Part shown: positions 18,901 to 28,586 of the stretch, in pieces
Numbering within the stretch: position 1 is the first letter of the stretch
Layout: each line of letters begins with the position of its first letter
Assembly: GCA_018822805.1 (NCBI GenBank)
Contig: JAHJJU010000101.1
Span: 1,956-65,955, forward strand
Origin: a bacterium
GTDB lineage: Bacteria; Campylobacterota; Campylobacteria; Campylobacterales; Sulfurovaceae
Direction of reading: 5' to 3'
DNA: 64,000 nt
Translations under genes and position numbers: made by a program
Notes under the pieces: generated by a model
What the model saw: the letters and a program-made list of their open reading frames with translations, nothing else
Database searches by the model: none
Told to the model about the DNA's origin: nothing

Positions 18901-20745
18901 CGTTCCATCTCCTTTAAGTAGTAAATAGTTCCCCTCTTTCATAGGTGAGTAGTTAAAACTTTGAGCTTCTCCTGAACCGGTCAATGTCTCTATATCATTA
19001 CTTTCTATTAAAGTACCATTGTACTCTTGAGTTCCAAGATACAGTTTTGTTCCGTTTAGTCGTGCTGTTTGTCCACTACGATTATAAACAACCACTTTGG
19101 CTACTTTAGAAAGTTTTGGTAACTCTAATTGCCACCAGTTTTCTGTTTCAGTACATTGCGTATGGTTCCATGTACTCAAATTCCCATCGATAGCATTTTC
19201 AGGAGCATCATAATAATAGTACCCATTTTTTGGAGGTTGTGTTGCTTTGCCATACCGGTGTGCTATCTCCACTTGATTATACTTAACGAGTGCAATTTTG
19301 AGTGCATTGATAATCGTTTCTCGCTCTTCACTGCGTACCTCATAACTCTGTTCAACATGAATAAATCGATGTGAAGAGTTTGAAGCTGCACTACTACAAA
19401 CATTCGATGAACCATTGGTAAACCTAGCTGTCGTATTCATCGTTCCACCAAGTGATGAAGTATAAATATCATCAGCACCACTGTTATTGGCAGGGCTATA
19501 GATACAACTCTTTATAGTGCTGTTATTGGTAATCTCCTCATGAAAAAGATGCATAAAGCTTGAACTATTTAAGTCATCAATACCCTCACTAATATTGATA
19601 ATTTTAGTATTCTGACCACCATCACATTGACTCCATATCGTCTCTCTTGTGGTGTTTCCAAATCCATGAAGTTCTATAAAAAGTGCTTTGTTATCCAATG
19701 TTGAGATTGCTTTATGTACATGAAAAAAAGAGTGTGCAGTATTATGAGAAGCATCACTCTCTTTATAGGAGGATTGACAGCTACTATCTGTTAATGAGCT
19801 TTTTCGATGTGTTCCAGAGATAAGAAGATATCGACTATTTAAGGCTACATATGTCTCTATCCCCTCTTTATCAGTATTGGTATCAAAAACAGGGTGTGGA
19901 ACTTGAATAGCAGAGTTTGTACCTTTAGGATTAAATACATAAGTACCACCCAATGCATGGTAATTCTCATCACTAAAACGCTCCAAGTCAAGATGTAGAA
20001 CATAATAGGCGCTATCACCATCTACTACTTTAAGGAGTTCACCATTGAGTGTTTTTGCTTTAGTATGCGCCTCTATATATTGACGATTTAAAATATCGGT
20101 GACAATGTTACCTACTAAAGCTTGTTGTTCCGTAGTACTGCTCTTCCAGAAATTATCTCCCTCTGTACCAAATTTCATCTTTTGTAAATAGGTTGATAAA
20201 GGTTCCGTTCGTATAGGTAGTTCTTTTACAATACTCTCTTTTTTTGAGATAAAAGGTGTTCCCAGGCTCCCTTTAACCCAATAACCATACCCATTGACCA
20301 GTCCATCAAGATTTGAAACTCCAGCATTTACACCGGTATAAAGTGTATTCCCATTTTGATTTTGAATCTCTTCAAACTGACTCATATCAATATCAGATTG
20401 AGCGATATCTTCACATGCCCCAATGAGACTCCATCCATTTCGTTTTAACGGTTTAACCAATAGACCTTGTGCCTCTCCACTTTCAAATTGGATTCCAGAT
20501 TCACCTTTAACCCAATAAGCATACCCTGCTTCCAAAGTATCTAGATTCGAGTACTCAGACCATTCCCTACCGTATATGGTGGCTCCATCCTGACGCTGAA
20601 TTTCAGAAATATTACTCATATTAACATCTGAACGATTGATATCCTGACAAACAGCAATCAAGTTCCATCCATTTCTTTCTAATGTGGCACTATGACCAAA
20701 CAGTGTTAATATAGCCCCTAAAGTCATTATCCATCTCAATCTCAT
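15970..20745 (-). CDS. Secreted multidomain IMPa-like (M60-like/M88) zinc metalloprotease with F-type-lectin-like and cadherin-like domains
   Basis: Signal peptide; CGYGCSGNPYDAYWAFSPIGHGDVHELGHGLE (HExxH) resembling P. aeruginosa IMPa; AIDGN..HT..WWQLEL..V.VYNR discoidin/F-lectin motif; cadherin-like ALDYQGDSLIYSI..FTID..G.I..VSDG. Confidence 0.8.
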   Translation of the reverse strand: MRLRWIMTLGAILTLFGHSATLERNGWNLIAVCQDINRSDVNMSNISEIQRQDGATIYGREWSEYSNLDTLEAGYAYWVKGESGIQFESGEAQGLLVKPLKRNGWSLIGACEDIAQSDIDMSQFEEIQNQNGNTLYTGVNAGVSNLDGLVNGYGYWVKGSLGTPFISKKESIVKELPIRTEPLSTYLQKMKFGTEGDNFWKSSTTEQQALVGNIVTDILNRQYIEAHTKAKTLNGELLKVVDGDSAYYVLHLDLERFSDENYHALGGTYVFNPKGTNSAIQVPHPVFDTNTDKEGIETYVALNSRYLLISGTHRKSSLTDSSCQSSYKESDASHNTAHSFFHVHKAISTLDNKALFIELHGFGNTTRETIWSQCDGGQNTKIINISEGIDDLNSSSFMHLFHEEITNNSTIKSCIYSPANNSGADDIYTSSLGGTMNTTARFTNGSSNVCSSAASNSSHRFIHVEQSYEVRSEERETIINALKIALVKYNQVEIAHRYGKATQPPKNGYYYYDAPENAIDGNLSTWNHTQCTETENWWQLELPKLSKVAKVVVYNRSGQTARLNGTKLYLGTQEYNGTLIESNDIETLTGSGEAQSFNYSPMKEGNYLLLKGDGTNCLHVAEVEVYGVLSDRPEFKTHESNYLIQGTTANGTEVATIEALDYQGDSLIYSIVGDVPFTIDNNGNITVNGTLGGKEYHFDVLVSDGVNSASTPITIQATTANAVEEALVSGSVLNVTEEELIQAARDEISSLKVGNSLLSQLYQNGSISYTSGNYHSQLINMYGDGSKTFPILYGNKNNVLAIAGQKEAGRFSVFASNPLYFFDRDENLEYESYMKRVFVWLIGEEPIDMNLTNTDKTVALSFVSDSSAVERWITKNYPNWSLKSCNDKATLESCYGDADLILLGRSGTDADAEAMRSVLPKMLTAAKSILYVHDNWGQNSLSQVVADLFEFSFPYGGNYWANDAALWTNIEEMQLALFNSFGYASIDTMLTHFQDGDYNFDWNQCTDGNGAFGSQYDKCADVAGLNSEFQKGATKVREMMNGLDGSKKNIFLSTGYRLQKLLVLIGDRFRQSVAYPMDKATTDDNEFMKAYYSDHAVYNYRFINPVQKDMGNFSRSDFSHITPYSKTVNLTSKKNFRSTGVYALPGQTMRVTRNDNSAVTTKVFINSLRSGATHEFESNGYKRPKFLQTPSFTIGSGESIELTSPYGGPVHIAFNINDLDVSFTFENIGEHAYWASPADDDSFTQKLDAGNFDWAEVVTSAFEVHSTLDKMRESVADAKWGTAEALAAATQRYMSNFPHVLAGFKGPGIDVVEEIHDFAATNSLTIENLDLVKHMNADQATCGYGCSGNPYDAYWAFSPIGHGDVHELGHGLEKSRFKFEGFELHAITNPYSYYTKSKYNETTGGEPDCQNLPFKEVFEKLQSSVAESNSTEYLKTNLWESSNWSHQVLVTIQAMMHTQKMGKLDNGWHLLARLHILEREITQAKVDWEANKASLGFDSYTLDEFNAMRNNDWLLVSFSFASGLDFRDYLSMMGIEYSQKASDQVASFNYTAVPKAFFVSTPNGYCKSDDTYGAFLSKSTLDVDGTTGFPY

Positions 20746-21012
20746 TTTTGCTCCTTTATATCAATTATACTGATTTCTGAACAGTCAAACTTTTTTGTAT
20801 GCAATTCACTTTTACTCTGTAATTATAAATTTTTAAACTGTCATTTTTATCTCTAAAACAAAAAATTTATAATAAAAATCTAAAAAGTTCATTATAACCA
20901 AAAAGCTATGTAAAAATTAAGAAAATGAGTAAAAGAGAAGAGAGGATATTAAAGAAAAAAAAGAATTACCCCATAAAACTAAAAAGTTCTATCGAGTAAA
21001 ATAGGTTAAAAA

Positions 21013-21531
21013 TTAGTGACAGCCACAACCTGTACCACAAGATCCACCTTCTGGTTGGTGACCACCAATTACCCCTGAAGAGATTTCGTCAGCTGTTGCT
21101 TCTCTAGCAGATAAAACTGTTACAGAGAACATTAAATCTTTACCGGCCAATGGATGGTTAAAGTCAATGTTTACATCAGTATCAGTAAATGATTTAACCG
21201 TTACTTGAACTGTTTGACCATCTTCTCCTTGACCATAAAGTGTTAGCCCATCTTTAAGCTCAACACCTTCAAATTGCTCAATTGGAAGAGTTTGAAGTGC
21301 TTCTTCATTATACTCACCATACGCTTCGATAGCCGGAACCATAATGTCCCCGGACTCATCTTTGCTCATACCACACAATGCATTTTCAAGACCTGGAATA
21401 ATCTGTCCTTGTCCCATAATAAATTCTAGAGGTTGCCCCGAACCTTTGTTACTGTCAACAACGTCAGTTGTTCCAGCTTCTTTTACTTCGTATTCAATAC
21501 CTACTACACAATTTTCGTTAGTAATTGTCAT
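21013..21531 (-). CDS. slyD: FKBP-type peptidyl-prolyl isomerase SlyD
   Basis: GQIIPGLE, AYGEY, DFNHPLAGKDLMF and Cys/His tail GSCGTGCGCH; start set at MTITNE. Confidence 0.93.
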   Translation of the reverse strand: MTITNENCVVGIEYEVKEAGTTDVVDSNKGSGQPLEFIMGQGQIIPGLENALCGMSKDESGDIMVPAIEAYGEYNEEALQTLPIEQFEGVELKDGLTLYGQGEDGQTVQVTVKSFTDTDVNIDFNHPLAGKDLMFSVTVLSAREATADEISSGVIGGHQPEGGSCGTGCGCH

Positions 21532-21677
21532 AAAGACTCCTATATTATTATTTCCAACATCATAGCAAAGCAAACTTTATTGTCACTTATACTATTTTAT
21601 TTTATTAGACTTCTACAAAATTTAAGGAGTAATTTTTTATGACACATCAACTTTTATTGAATTTTGCAAAAAATCTA

Positions 21678-22481
21678 TTATTTTGATAATCTACTTTTTG
21701 CAATAGAGGCTGACTTTTTGGTTGGATACGTGGAGATAACATGCTCATAAAAACTTTTTGCCTGTTCTTTCTCACCACTTTTATCTAATGAGATTGCTGT
21801 ATGTAAATAAAGGACATCCATGTAACCGGCTTTATCATAAAGTGATGCACTTTTTTTATAATACGCTACAGCATCAGTATACTGATGCGTGTAGTATGCA
21901 ACTTCACCTAGATAATAGTTGGTTGCTGCTGGTTTATAATTGTCGGACAATACCGTTTCAAAATGCTCTTTTGCAGCTTGATAGCTACGTTTAGCAAAAA
22001 GTTGAACCCCTTTTCTATAGGTATCGGCAGAGTTACCTCCTACGGAGGAACCAAGGCTTGCCTGTGGTCTACTTCCTGCCAATGCTTTTTTTAATTCATC
22101 CTTTGTGACATAAGTACTGTTAATTTTATCGAGAACCTGACCCATTTCTAAAAGTAAGGAGTAGGTTTCATTATTGTCTTGTACTCCTTGTCCCGAGCCA
22201 TCATTGTCCATAGCTAACTGCTCTTTAAGTGCCAAAATTTCTTTATTTTGCCCTTCAATAATCGTAGTAAGCCCATCAATCTTTCGTTGTTGCTCTGTCA
22301 CTTTATTGTAAAGCATCTGTAATGTTTTTTTATTTTCTAATACTGCTTGTTCCGTCTGTGTTAAACCATAAGGTGTTGCACTCTCGATATTGCCTGCACC
22401 ATATACCGATGGTTCATAAGCATATAGCAATGAAGCCGTACTTAAAACCCCCAATAATGTTATTTGTTTAAACCTTGACAT
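21678..22481 (-). CDS. Tol-Pal-associated TPR protein (YbgF/CpoB-like)
   Basis: Signal peptide, coiled coil and C-terminal TPRs; directly downstream of pal. Confidence 0.8.
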   Translation of the reverse strand: MSRFKQITLLGVLSTASLLYAYEPSVYGAGNIESATPYGLTQTEQAVLENKKTLQMLYNKVTEQQRKIDGLTTIIEGQNKEILALKEQLAMDNDGSGQGVQDNNETYSLLLEMGQVLDKINSTYVTKDELKKALAGSRPQASLGSSVGGNSADTYRKGVQLFAKRSYQAAKEHFETVLSDNYKPAATNYYLGEVAYYTHQYTDAVAYYKKSASLYDKAGYMDVLYLHTAISLDKSGEKEQAKSFYEHVISTYPTKKSASIAKSRLSK

Positions 22482-22504
22482 TTTTTGTCTCCTTGTACTG
22501 AATT

Positions 22505-23056
22505 TTATTGTACAACTTTAAATTCAACACGTCTATTTTTAGAATAACAATCGCTTGATGTACCCGTTGAACACTCCGGTGAACTTTCACCCATACTTAC
22601 TAAGCTTATGCTTCCTGCATTAATACCTTTCATTACCAAAGCATCTTTTGCTGCATTAGCACGTCTTAAACCCAATGCATAGTTGTACTCATCTGTACCT
22701 GTAGCATCACAATGACCTTCTAACTTTAACTTAGCACCTTGTGCAATGTCATTTTTTAACATACTTGCATTGTTCGCTATAATTGCCAATTTTTCAGAAG
22801 TAATGGTATATTGATCAACATCAAAATAAACACTCTCTACTCCTCCATTTGCATAAGCAGTACTGTTATCGTATGTACCTTTACCTGCACCATAAACACC
22901 ATTTGCATTTGGATCAACATTTTGATAAGCTAATGTTCCATCTCCTTCTCCATACTCTGTTCCGGTAGCATCTACTCCTGTAGAAACTGTTTTTTGAGCA
23001 CATCCACTCATAAGTAACGCCATTGTTGTTGCTGCTAATAATATTCTTTTTGTCAT
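22505..23056 (-). CDS. pal: Peptidoglycan-associated lipoprotein Pal
   Basis: Lipobox MSGC; VYFDVD, LEGHCD..GTDEYNYALGLRRA and NRRVEF OmpA-like motifs. Confidence 0.93.
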   Translation of the reverse strand: MTKRILLAATTMALLMSGCAQKTVSTGVDATGTEYGEGDGTLAYQNVDPNANGVYGAGKGTYDNSTAYANGGVESVYFDVDQYTITSEKLAIIANNASMLKNDIAQGAKLKLEGHCDATGTDEYNYALGLRRANAAKDALVMKGINAGSISLVSMGESSPECSTGTSSDCYSKNRRVEFKVVQ

Positions 23057-23078
23057 GTATTCTCTTTTAATAATTTTT

Positions 23079-24320
23079 TTACCAATCAATTGATTGTATT
23101 TTTCCACTCTGCATTGAGAAGAGTGCACTCTGTTTTGTTGCCAAGTTCATATAACCAATAGAGTTAGATCCACCACTTTGTTTAATATAAAGTATCACTT
23201 TCCCGTCTATTGAAAAGTGTGGTAATTGATTATTTCCATTACTGGTTAATGGTCTTACATAGGAACTGTTTGCAGAACCTAAATAAATATTGTTTGAACT
23301 TCCCTCTCTAACTGAATAGAGAAGATTTTGTCCTGAAGCATCACAAGAACTGTTGTTATTCCCATGATGTGCAGCTTTAGAAACTGAATTTGAACCTATA
23401 GACTTAATATAGATATTTGCACCTCCCACTCTGTCAGATACGAATGCAATTTGACTTTCATCACCAAGATATTTTCCATTTACATCAATACCTCTAAATG
23501 TTGTTAAGCGTTTTTTAGAACCTGAATTTACATAAAACTCATAAATATCCGGTTGACCGTCAGGTGCCATAGTTAATAACACTCTGCTACCGTCTTGGCT
23601 AACATCAGATGCCACCAACATGCCTTCTGAACTTACTATTTTTTGACGAGAACCGGAACTCATATTCACCTGAAATAATGTAGGTAATGATCCATTATAT
23701 GAGGTGTAATAAAAAGCACTTTGATTAGAATTCGCCCATTTTGGAAATAAATTTAACCCTCCACGTACCAATATTGAAGAAAACGATAAAGTATAATCTG
23801 CAATCCAAATTTCACTTTTTCTTGATCCTGTATATTTAGAAAAAAGAATATTACGTTTCATCCATGAAATATCTTCATATCCTAAAACTTTATTCACCTC
23901 CACTATAGCATTATGAGATAAGAATGGATAACGTGCAGAAACATTAACACTGTAATTGTTTTGGAAAAGAACTGTATTATCTGAGACCCTGACCAATTTA
24001 ATTTTTAATGTTGTTCCTGAAGTTCCATAACTGTACTTTAATAAGTACTCTCTGTCATGCAACTCAACCGGCAATATTCCATCATCAAAAGGAGCTCGTC
24101 TTAACTGCTGATCAACATTAAAATGTCCACTCATTTTCAAATCTGTCAACAATAAGTTAAACATCTTTGAATGGTTTGCCGTACTGCCGGCACTTGCCGT
24201 ATCTTCAACCAATGAAAGTGTTGCTTTAGATGCAACATCTTTTTCGATACTTAAAACAGCATCGAATCCTGTATCCGAATACAGACTCAAGGTTAAAAGA
24301 AAAAATAGTATATATTTCAT
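23079..24320 (-). CDS. tolB: Tol-Pal system protein TolB
   Basis: N-terminal domain plus WD40/PD40-like repeats (FPKW, SDVSQDG, IAFVSDR, PHFSIDG); upstream of pal. Confidence 0.9.
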   Translation of the reverse strand: MKYILFFLLTLSLYSDTGFDAVLSIEKDVASKATLSLVEDTASAGSTANHSKMFNLLLTDLKMSGHFNVDQQLRRAPFDDGILPVELHDREYLLKYSYGTSGTTLKIKLVRVSDNTVLFQNNYSVNVSARYPFLSHNAIVEVNKVLGYEDISWMKRNILFSKYTGSRKSEIWIADYTLSFSSILVRGGLNLFPKWANSNQSAFYYTSYNGSLPTLFQVNMSSGSRQKIVSSEGMLVASDVSQDGSRVLLTMAPDGQPDIYEFYVNSGSKKRLTTFRGIDVNGKYLGDESQIAFVSDRVGGANIYIKSIGSNSVSKAAHHGNNNSSCDASGQNLLYSVREGSSNNIYLGSANSSYVRPLTSNGNNQLPHFSIDGKVILYIKQSGGSNSIGYMNLATKQSALFSMQSGKIQSIDW

Positions 24321-24552
24321 ATATCTTCCTTATATTGACTTCTTGTAAAATGCAAGAAACCTTCTTAATTATTAAATGTATAATTCTAACTATAAATAGT
24401 AGTAAAATTGTACTATTATAAACTTATCTTTTTACAAAAAGAGAATTATACTAAAAGATTAGATTTTTATGCCATTATTCAAGAAAATTTTATAAAAAAT
24501 TCTATCTAAATATTTTGTCATTTTTGTGTTATGATTATAAAAAGGATAAATT

Positions 24553-26955
24553 ATGAAATACATAAAATTTTTTGATGAAATACGAAATAATGATGTTGCT
24601 TTGGTTGGTGGTAAAAATGCTTCTTTAGGTGAGATGTACCAACAACTTGTTCCATTGGGAGTAAATATTCCTAATGGCTTTGCAATTACTGCTAAAGCAT
24701 ACTTTTATCTTCTACAAGAAGGGGGGATACAAGACCAAATAGAAGCCCTGCTTCAAGGTGTAGATACCATTGACCTTGGTGTATTGCACAATAAAACCCA
24801 AAAAATCAGAGAACTTATCTTCTCTACACCCTTACCCTCTGACCTCAAAGAGGAGATTATGGCTGCGTATACCAAGTTAGGATTAGAGTACAACAACCAA
24901 GTGATTGATGTAGCTGTAAGAAGTTCAGCCACGGCTGAAGATTTGCCTGATGCCTCTTTTGCAGGACAACAAGATACCTTTTTAAATGTTCAAGGACTGA
25001 GTTCTCTGATTCACCATATCAAACTTTGTTTTGCTTCACTGTTTACAGCTCGAGCTGTAAGTTACCGGGAGTCACGAGGCTTTAAGCACTTTGAAGTGGG
25101 ACTCTCGATCGGTATTCAAAAAATGGTTCGTTCCGACAAAGCTTCAAGTGGGGTGATGTTTACCATTGATACTGAAAGTGGATTTAACAAAACTGTACTC
25201 ATTACCTCAGCATGGGGATTGGGTGAAAATGTGGTAGGTGGATTGGTCAACCCCGATGAATTCTATGTTTTTAAACCCACTCTAAAAGAGGGTAAACAGC
25301 CGATTATCAAACGTTCTCTTGGTACTAAAAATATTAAAATGATTTATGCCAATAAAAATTCAGGAAAAAATACACTTAACATTGAAACCACAACTAAAGA
25401 GAAAAATACTTTTTCCATTAATGATGAAGAGATACTTACCCTAGCCAAACAAGCCGTCATGATAGAAGAACACTACTCAAAAGAAGCCGGTAAATACCAA
25501 CCGATGGACATTGAATGGGCAAAAGATGGTCTAAATGGTGAACTCTACATTGTGCAAGCCAGACCGGAAACAGTACAAAGTCAAAAAGATAATTTTATCG
25601 AACAACGATATGCTTTAGAAAAAACCAATAACCCCATCTTAACCAAAGGTATTGCCATTGGTTCTAAAATCGGTAGTGGAAAAGTGCGGGTCATTAAAAA
25701 CTTAGAGGGTATTTGCGAATTTAAAGAGGGTGAAGTTTTGGTTACCGATATTACCGATCCCGATTGGGAACCTGTTATGAAAATAGCTTCTGCTGTTATT
25801 ACCAATCGAGGGGGTAAAACTTGTCATGCTGCTATTGTTGCGAGAGAGATAGGCGTTCCTGCTATTGTGGGCTGTCACAATGCTACGGAAGTTTTAAAGA
25901 GTGACATTGAGGTCACCTGTGATTGTGCCAGAGGTGATGAAGGATATGTGTATGAGGGGAACATCCCATTTATAACGGAAACCATAGACTTAAGCTGTCA
26001 AGAAAAAACAAAAACTAAAATCTATCTTAATGTCGGAAATCCCTCTCGTGCCTTTTCTTTTAGCCAAATTCCTAACGATGGAGTGGGGTTAGCAAGAATG
26101 GAGTTTATTATCAACAACTACATCAAAGTTCATCCTTTAGCATTGGAGGCACTAAATTTAGGTAAGCCTGTTGAACAAAAAGAAGAGATAGAAAAAATCA
26201 TCAGTGGATACAGTGACCCCAAAGACTTTTTTATTAAAAATATCGCCGAAGGAGTAGGAATGATAGCAGCCTCATTTTACCCAAAACCTGTTATTGTGCG
26301 AACCAGTGACTTTAAATCGAATGAATACAAAAAGATGGTCGGTGGAGCCAAATTTGAACCCATTGAAGAGAACCCAATGATTGGCTATAGAGGGGCGAGT
26401 CGTTATTACAGTGAAAGTTACAAAAATGCTTTTATATGGGAGTGTGAAGCCCTAAAATATGTACGAGAAAGCATGGGACTGACCAATGTTAAACTGATGT
26501 TACCCTTTGTACGCACGCCCCAAGAGGGTCGAAAAGTTTTAGCCATTATGAGAGAACAAGGTCTAATACAAGGCGTAGATGGCTTAGAGATTTATGTGAT
26601 GTGTGAACTGCCGAGTAATGTCCTTTTAGCTGATGAATTTCTCAAAGATTTTGATGGCTTTAGCATTGGTTCCAATGACTTAACACAACTTACTTTAGGG
26701 GTTGATAGAGACAGTAATTTGGTATCTTCTATTTTTGATGAACGAAATCCAGCCATGAAGATACAGTTCAAGAATGCAATAGATGCGTGTAAACGAGCAG
26801 GGAAATATGTAGGAATTTGTGGACAAGCTCCATCAGATTACCCTGAAGTGGCTGAGTATTTGGTGGAGTTGGGAATTGACTCTATCTCTTTAAATCCAGA
26901 TTCAGTCATAAAGACTAAAAAGAGGATTTCTAAGATTGAGAAAAAACTAAAATAA
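24553..26955 (+). CDS. ppsA: Phosphoenolpyruvate synthase
   Basis: [42 protein letters not shown] (phospho-His), GYRGASRY and SIGSNDLTQ. Confidence 0.96.
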   Translation: MKYIKFFDEIRNNDVALVGGKNASLGEMYQQLVPLGVNIPNGFAITAKAYFYLLQEGGIQDQIEALLQGVDTIDLGVLHNKTQKIRELIFSTPLPSDLKEEIMAAYTKLGLEYNNQVIDVAVRSSATAEDLPDASFAGQQDTFLNVQGLSSLIHHIKLCFASLFTARAVSYRESRGFKHFEVGLSIGIQKMVRSDKASSGVMFTIDTESGFNKTVLITSAWGLGENVVGGLVNPDEFYVFKPTLKEGKQPIIKRSLGTKNIKMIYANKNSGKNTLNIETTTKEKNTFSINDEEILTLAKQAVMIEEHYSKEAGKYQPMDIEWAKDGLNGELYIVQARPETVQSQKDNFIEQRYALEKTNNPILTKGIAIGSKIGSGKVRVIKNLEGICEFKEGEVLVTDITDPDWEPVMKIASAVITNRGGKTCHAAIVAREIGVPAIVGCHNATEVLKSDIEVTCDCARGDEGYVYEGNIPFITETIDLSCQEKTKTKIYLNVGNPSRAFSFSQIPNDGVGLARMEFIINNYIKVHPLALEALNLGKPVEQKEEIEKIISGYSDPKDFFIKNIAEGVGMIAASFYPKPVIVRTSDFKSNEYKKMVGGAKFEPIEENPMIGYRGASRYYSESYKNAFIWECEALKYVRESMGLTNVKLMLPFVRTPQEGRKVLAIMREQGLIQGVDGLEIYVMCELPSNVLLADEFLKDFDGFSIGSNDLTQLTLGVDRDSNLVSSIFDERNPAMKIQFKNAIDACKRAGKYVGICGQAPSDYPEVAEYLVELGIDSISLNPDSVIKTKKRISKIEKKLK

Positions 26956-26958
26956 GCT

Positions 26959-27232
26959 TAAGTACCTGACCATAATAAATGACATATTTTAATGAAATGA
27001 GTTTGCCTTAGATTTGTGACCAACTAGACGAAGGACTAGCCTTAGCTAATTCGAGGATAGTTGATTGCAAATATGAGGCAAAATCATTTCACCCTACGGG
27101 CGATAAGAAAAAGGCATATCTACTGCGTTAGATTTTCTTGACTTAGCTAAGGCTAGGACTTCAAAAATCTGTCTTGTACCTGCACATTTTTCTTATCGTT
27201 AAAATATGTCATTTATTATGGTCAGGTACTTA
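26959..27232. mobile_element. MITE-like non-autonomous element (270 bp core plus TA at each end)
   Basis: Perfect 34-bp terminal inverted repeat TAAGTACCTGACCATAATAAATGACATATTTTAA (26959-26992) with its reverse complement at 27199-27232; internal IRs; no ORF. Confidence 0.85.
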
Positions 27233-28150
27233 TCTAACAGTGAATGAAACTTGAATAGAATAGGGTGTTGACTTACTGTGTCTGCCTAAACCTATTCTAT
27301 TTAAAGTATCCAAATATTCTCTAAGAGAACTTTCTATGTTTCCATACCCACCACCGGTGATTCTATAATTAAACTTTCCACTGTTATAAATAGTCAAATC
27401 AATGGTTACGCGTTGTCCTTTATGTGTACTGGCTGCATCCCAATTATTCATATGTCGCTTAACTTTTGCAATATAGGCGTTTTGAACCCCCTTCTCACGG
27501 TTGTCATTTGAAACAGCTCCACTTTGATGAGAACTTTTAATTCTATCTGTAATCGAAGAGTTATGTTTAATGGAACTCTCTTCAGTTACCGGTGTTGGTA
27601 CTTTTTTAACCGGTTGAGTACTCACATCTTTTGTCTTCACTGAAGAAAAGAGGTCTTGTGCACTTTGCGTCTTTTTAGGTGGTGTCTCTTTTGGTTCCAC
27701 TTTTTTAGGTTCTATAACCTTTTTAGGTGCCTCTTTTTTTGGTTCTACTTTTTTAGGTATAACTTTTGGGGGCACAACTTCTTTTGGCTGAATGATTTTT
27801 TTAGGCTCTACTTTTTTAGGTACTGTTTCAGGTTCAACCGTTGGTTTAGGAATAACCTTTGAAGTACGTTCTGTTTTTTTCGGCTCTGCTTTAACCTCTT
27901 TTTTTATAGGTTGCCTCAAAGGTGCAGGAGGAACAACGGGTGTTGGTTTATTTTTATTTGAAACTTCATCACTTCTATTTAAAACCGTTTTATCACTGTT
28001 GACCAAAGTGACCGTAACTCTATCCGAGTTTTTTTCAACATAATTTTTTGCTTTTGTTTTATGAATATTGTAAAAAAATAAAATTAGAAAAATTAACCCC
28101 AAATAGATACTAAGAGCTGCAATACCAGAGAGTAATTTTCCACGATTCAT
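27230..28150 (-). CDS. TolA/TonB-like protein with Lys/Pro/Glu-rich spacer
   Basis: N-terminal TM anchor, repeated PKKVEPK-like motifs, TonB-C-like end; follows exbB-exbD. Confidence 0.82.
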   Translation of the reverse strand: MNRGKLLSGIAALSIYLGLIFLILFFYNIHKTKAKNYVEKNSDRVTVTLVNSDKTVLNRSDEVSNKNKPTPVVPPAPLRQPIKKEVKAEPKKTERTSKVIPKPTVEPETVPKKVEPKKIIQPKEVVPPKVIPKKVEPKKEAPKKVIEPKKVEPKETPPKKTQSAQDLFSSVKTKDVSTQPVKKVPTPVTEESSIKHNSSITDRIKSSHQSGAVSNDNREKGVQNAYIAKVKRHMNNWDAASTHKGQRVTIDLTIYNSGKFNYRITGGGYGNIESSLREYLDTLNRIGLGRHSKSTPYSIQVSFTVR

Positions 28151-28199
28151 CTATTTATACCTTTTTTTAACTCAATCATTGTAGCAGTAATTGGTGTAG

Positions 28200-28586
28200 T
28201 TACTGAGTAAGGAGTGAAACTTTTGTAAAATCACTCTGCTTAACCGTCTTTAACAAATAGATTACATTCTCATACGCAATCTCTTTATCAGCATTTATAA
28301 AAACAACTTGTTTCTTATCTAAATCACCTGTTTGTAATCGAAAGGCATCAGGAAAAGAATCCAAGGTAAATGTGTCATCTTTAAAATACACATTTAAATC
28401 TTTGTCAATACGCACCGTTAATGCTTTTGCATCACTCACAGCAGCTTTTTGAGAACCATCAGGAAGATTGATTTTCTCTTCATAGTGCATCACAGGTATA
28501 GTAATCATAAAAATAGCCATCAGTACCAACATCACATCGATTAAAGGTGTGATATTTAAGTCAGGATCTTCATCCCAGTGATACAT
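28200..28586 (-). CDS. ExbD/TolR family protein
   Basis: LNITPLIDVMLVLMAIFMI and FINADKEIAYENV motifs. Confidence 0.93.
   Translation of the reverse strand: MYHWDEDPDLNITPLIDVMLVLMAIFMITIPVMHYEEKINLPDGSQKAAVSDAKALTVRIDKDLNVYFKDDTFTLDSFPDAFRLQTGDLDKKQVVFINADKEIAYENVIYLLKTVKQSDFTKVSLLTQ

Noticed and set aside
27660-27900. Imperfect tandem DNA repeats (TTTTTTAGG-like)
   Set aside because: Explained by the PKKVEPK-type spacer of the TolA/TonB-like protein.
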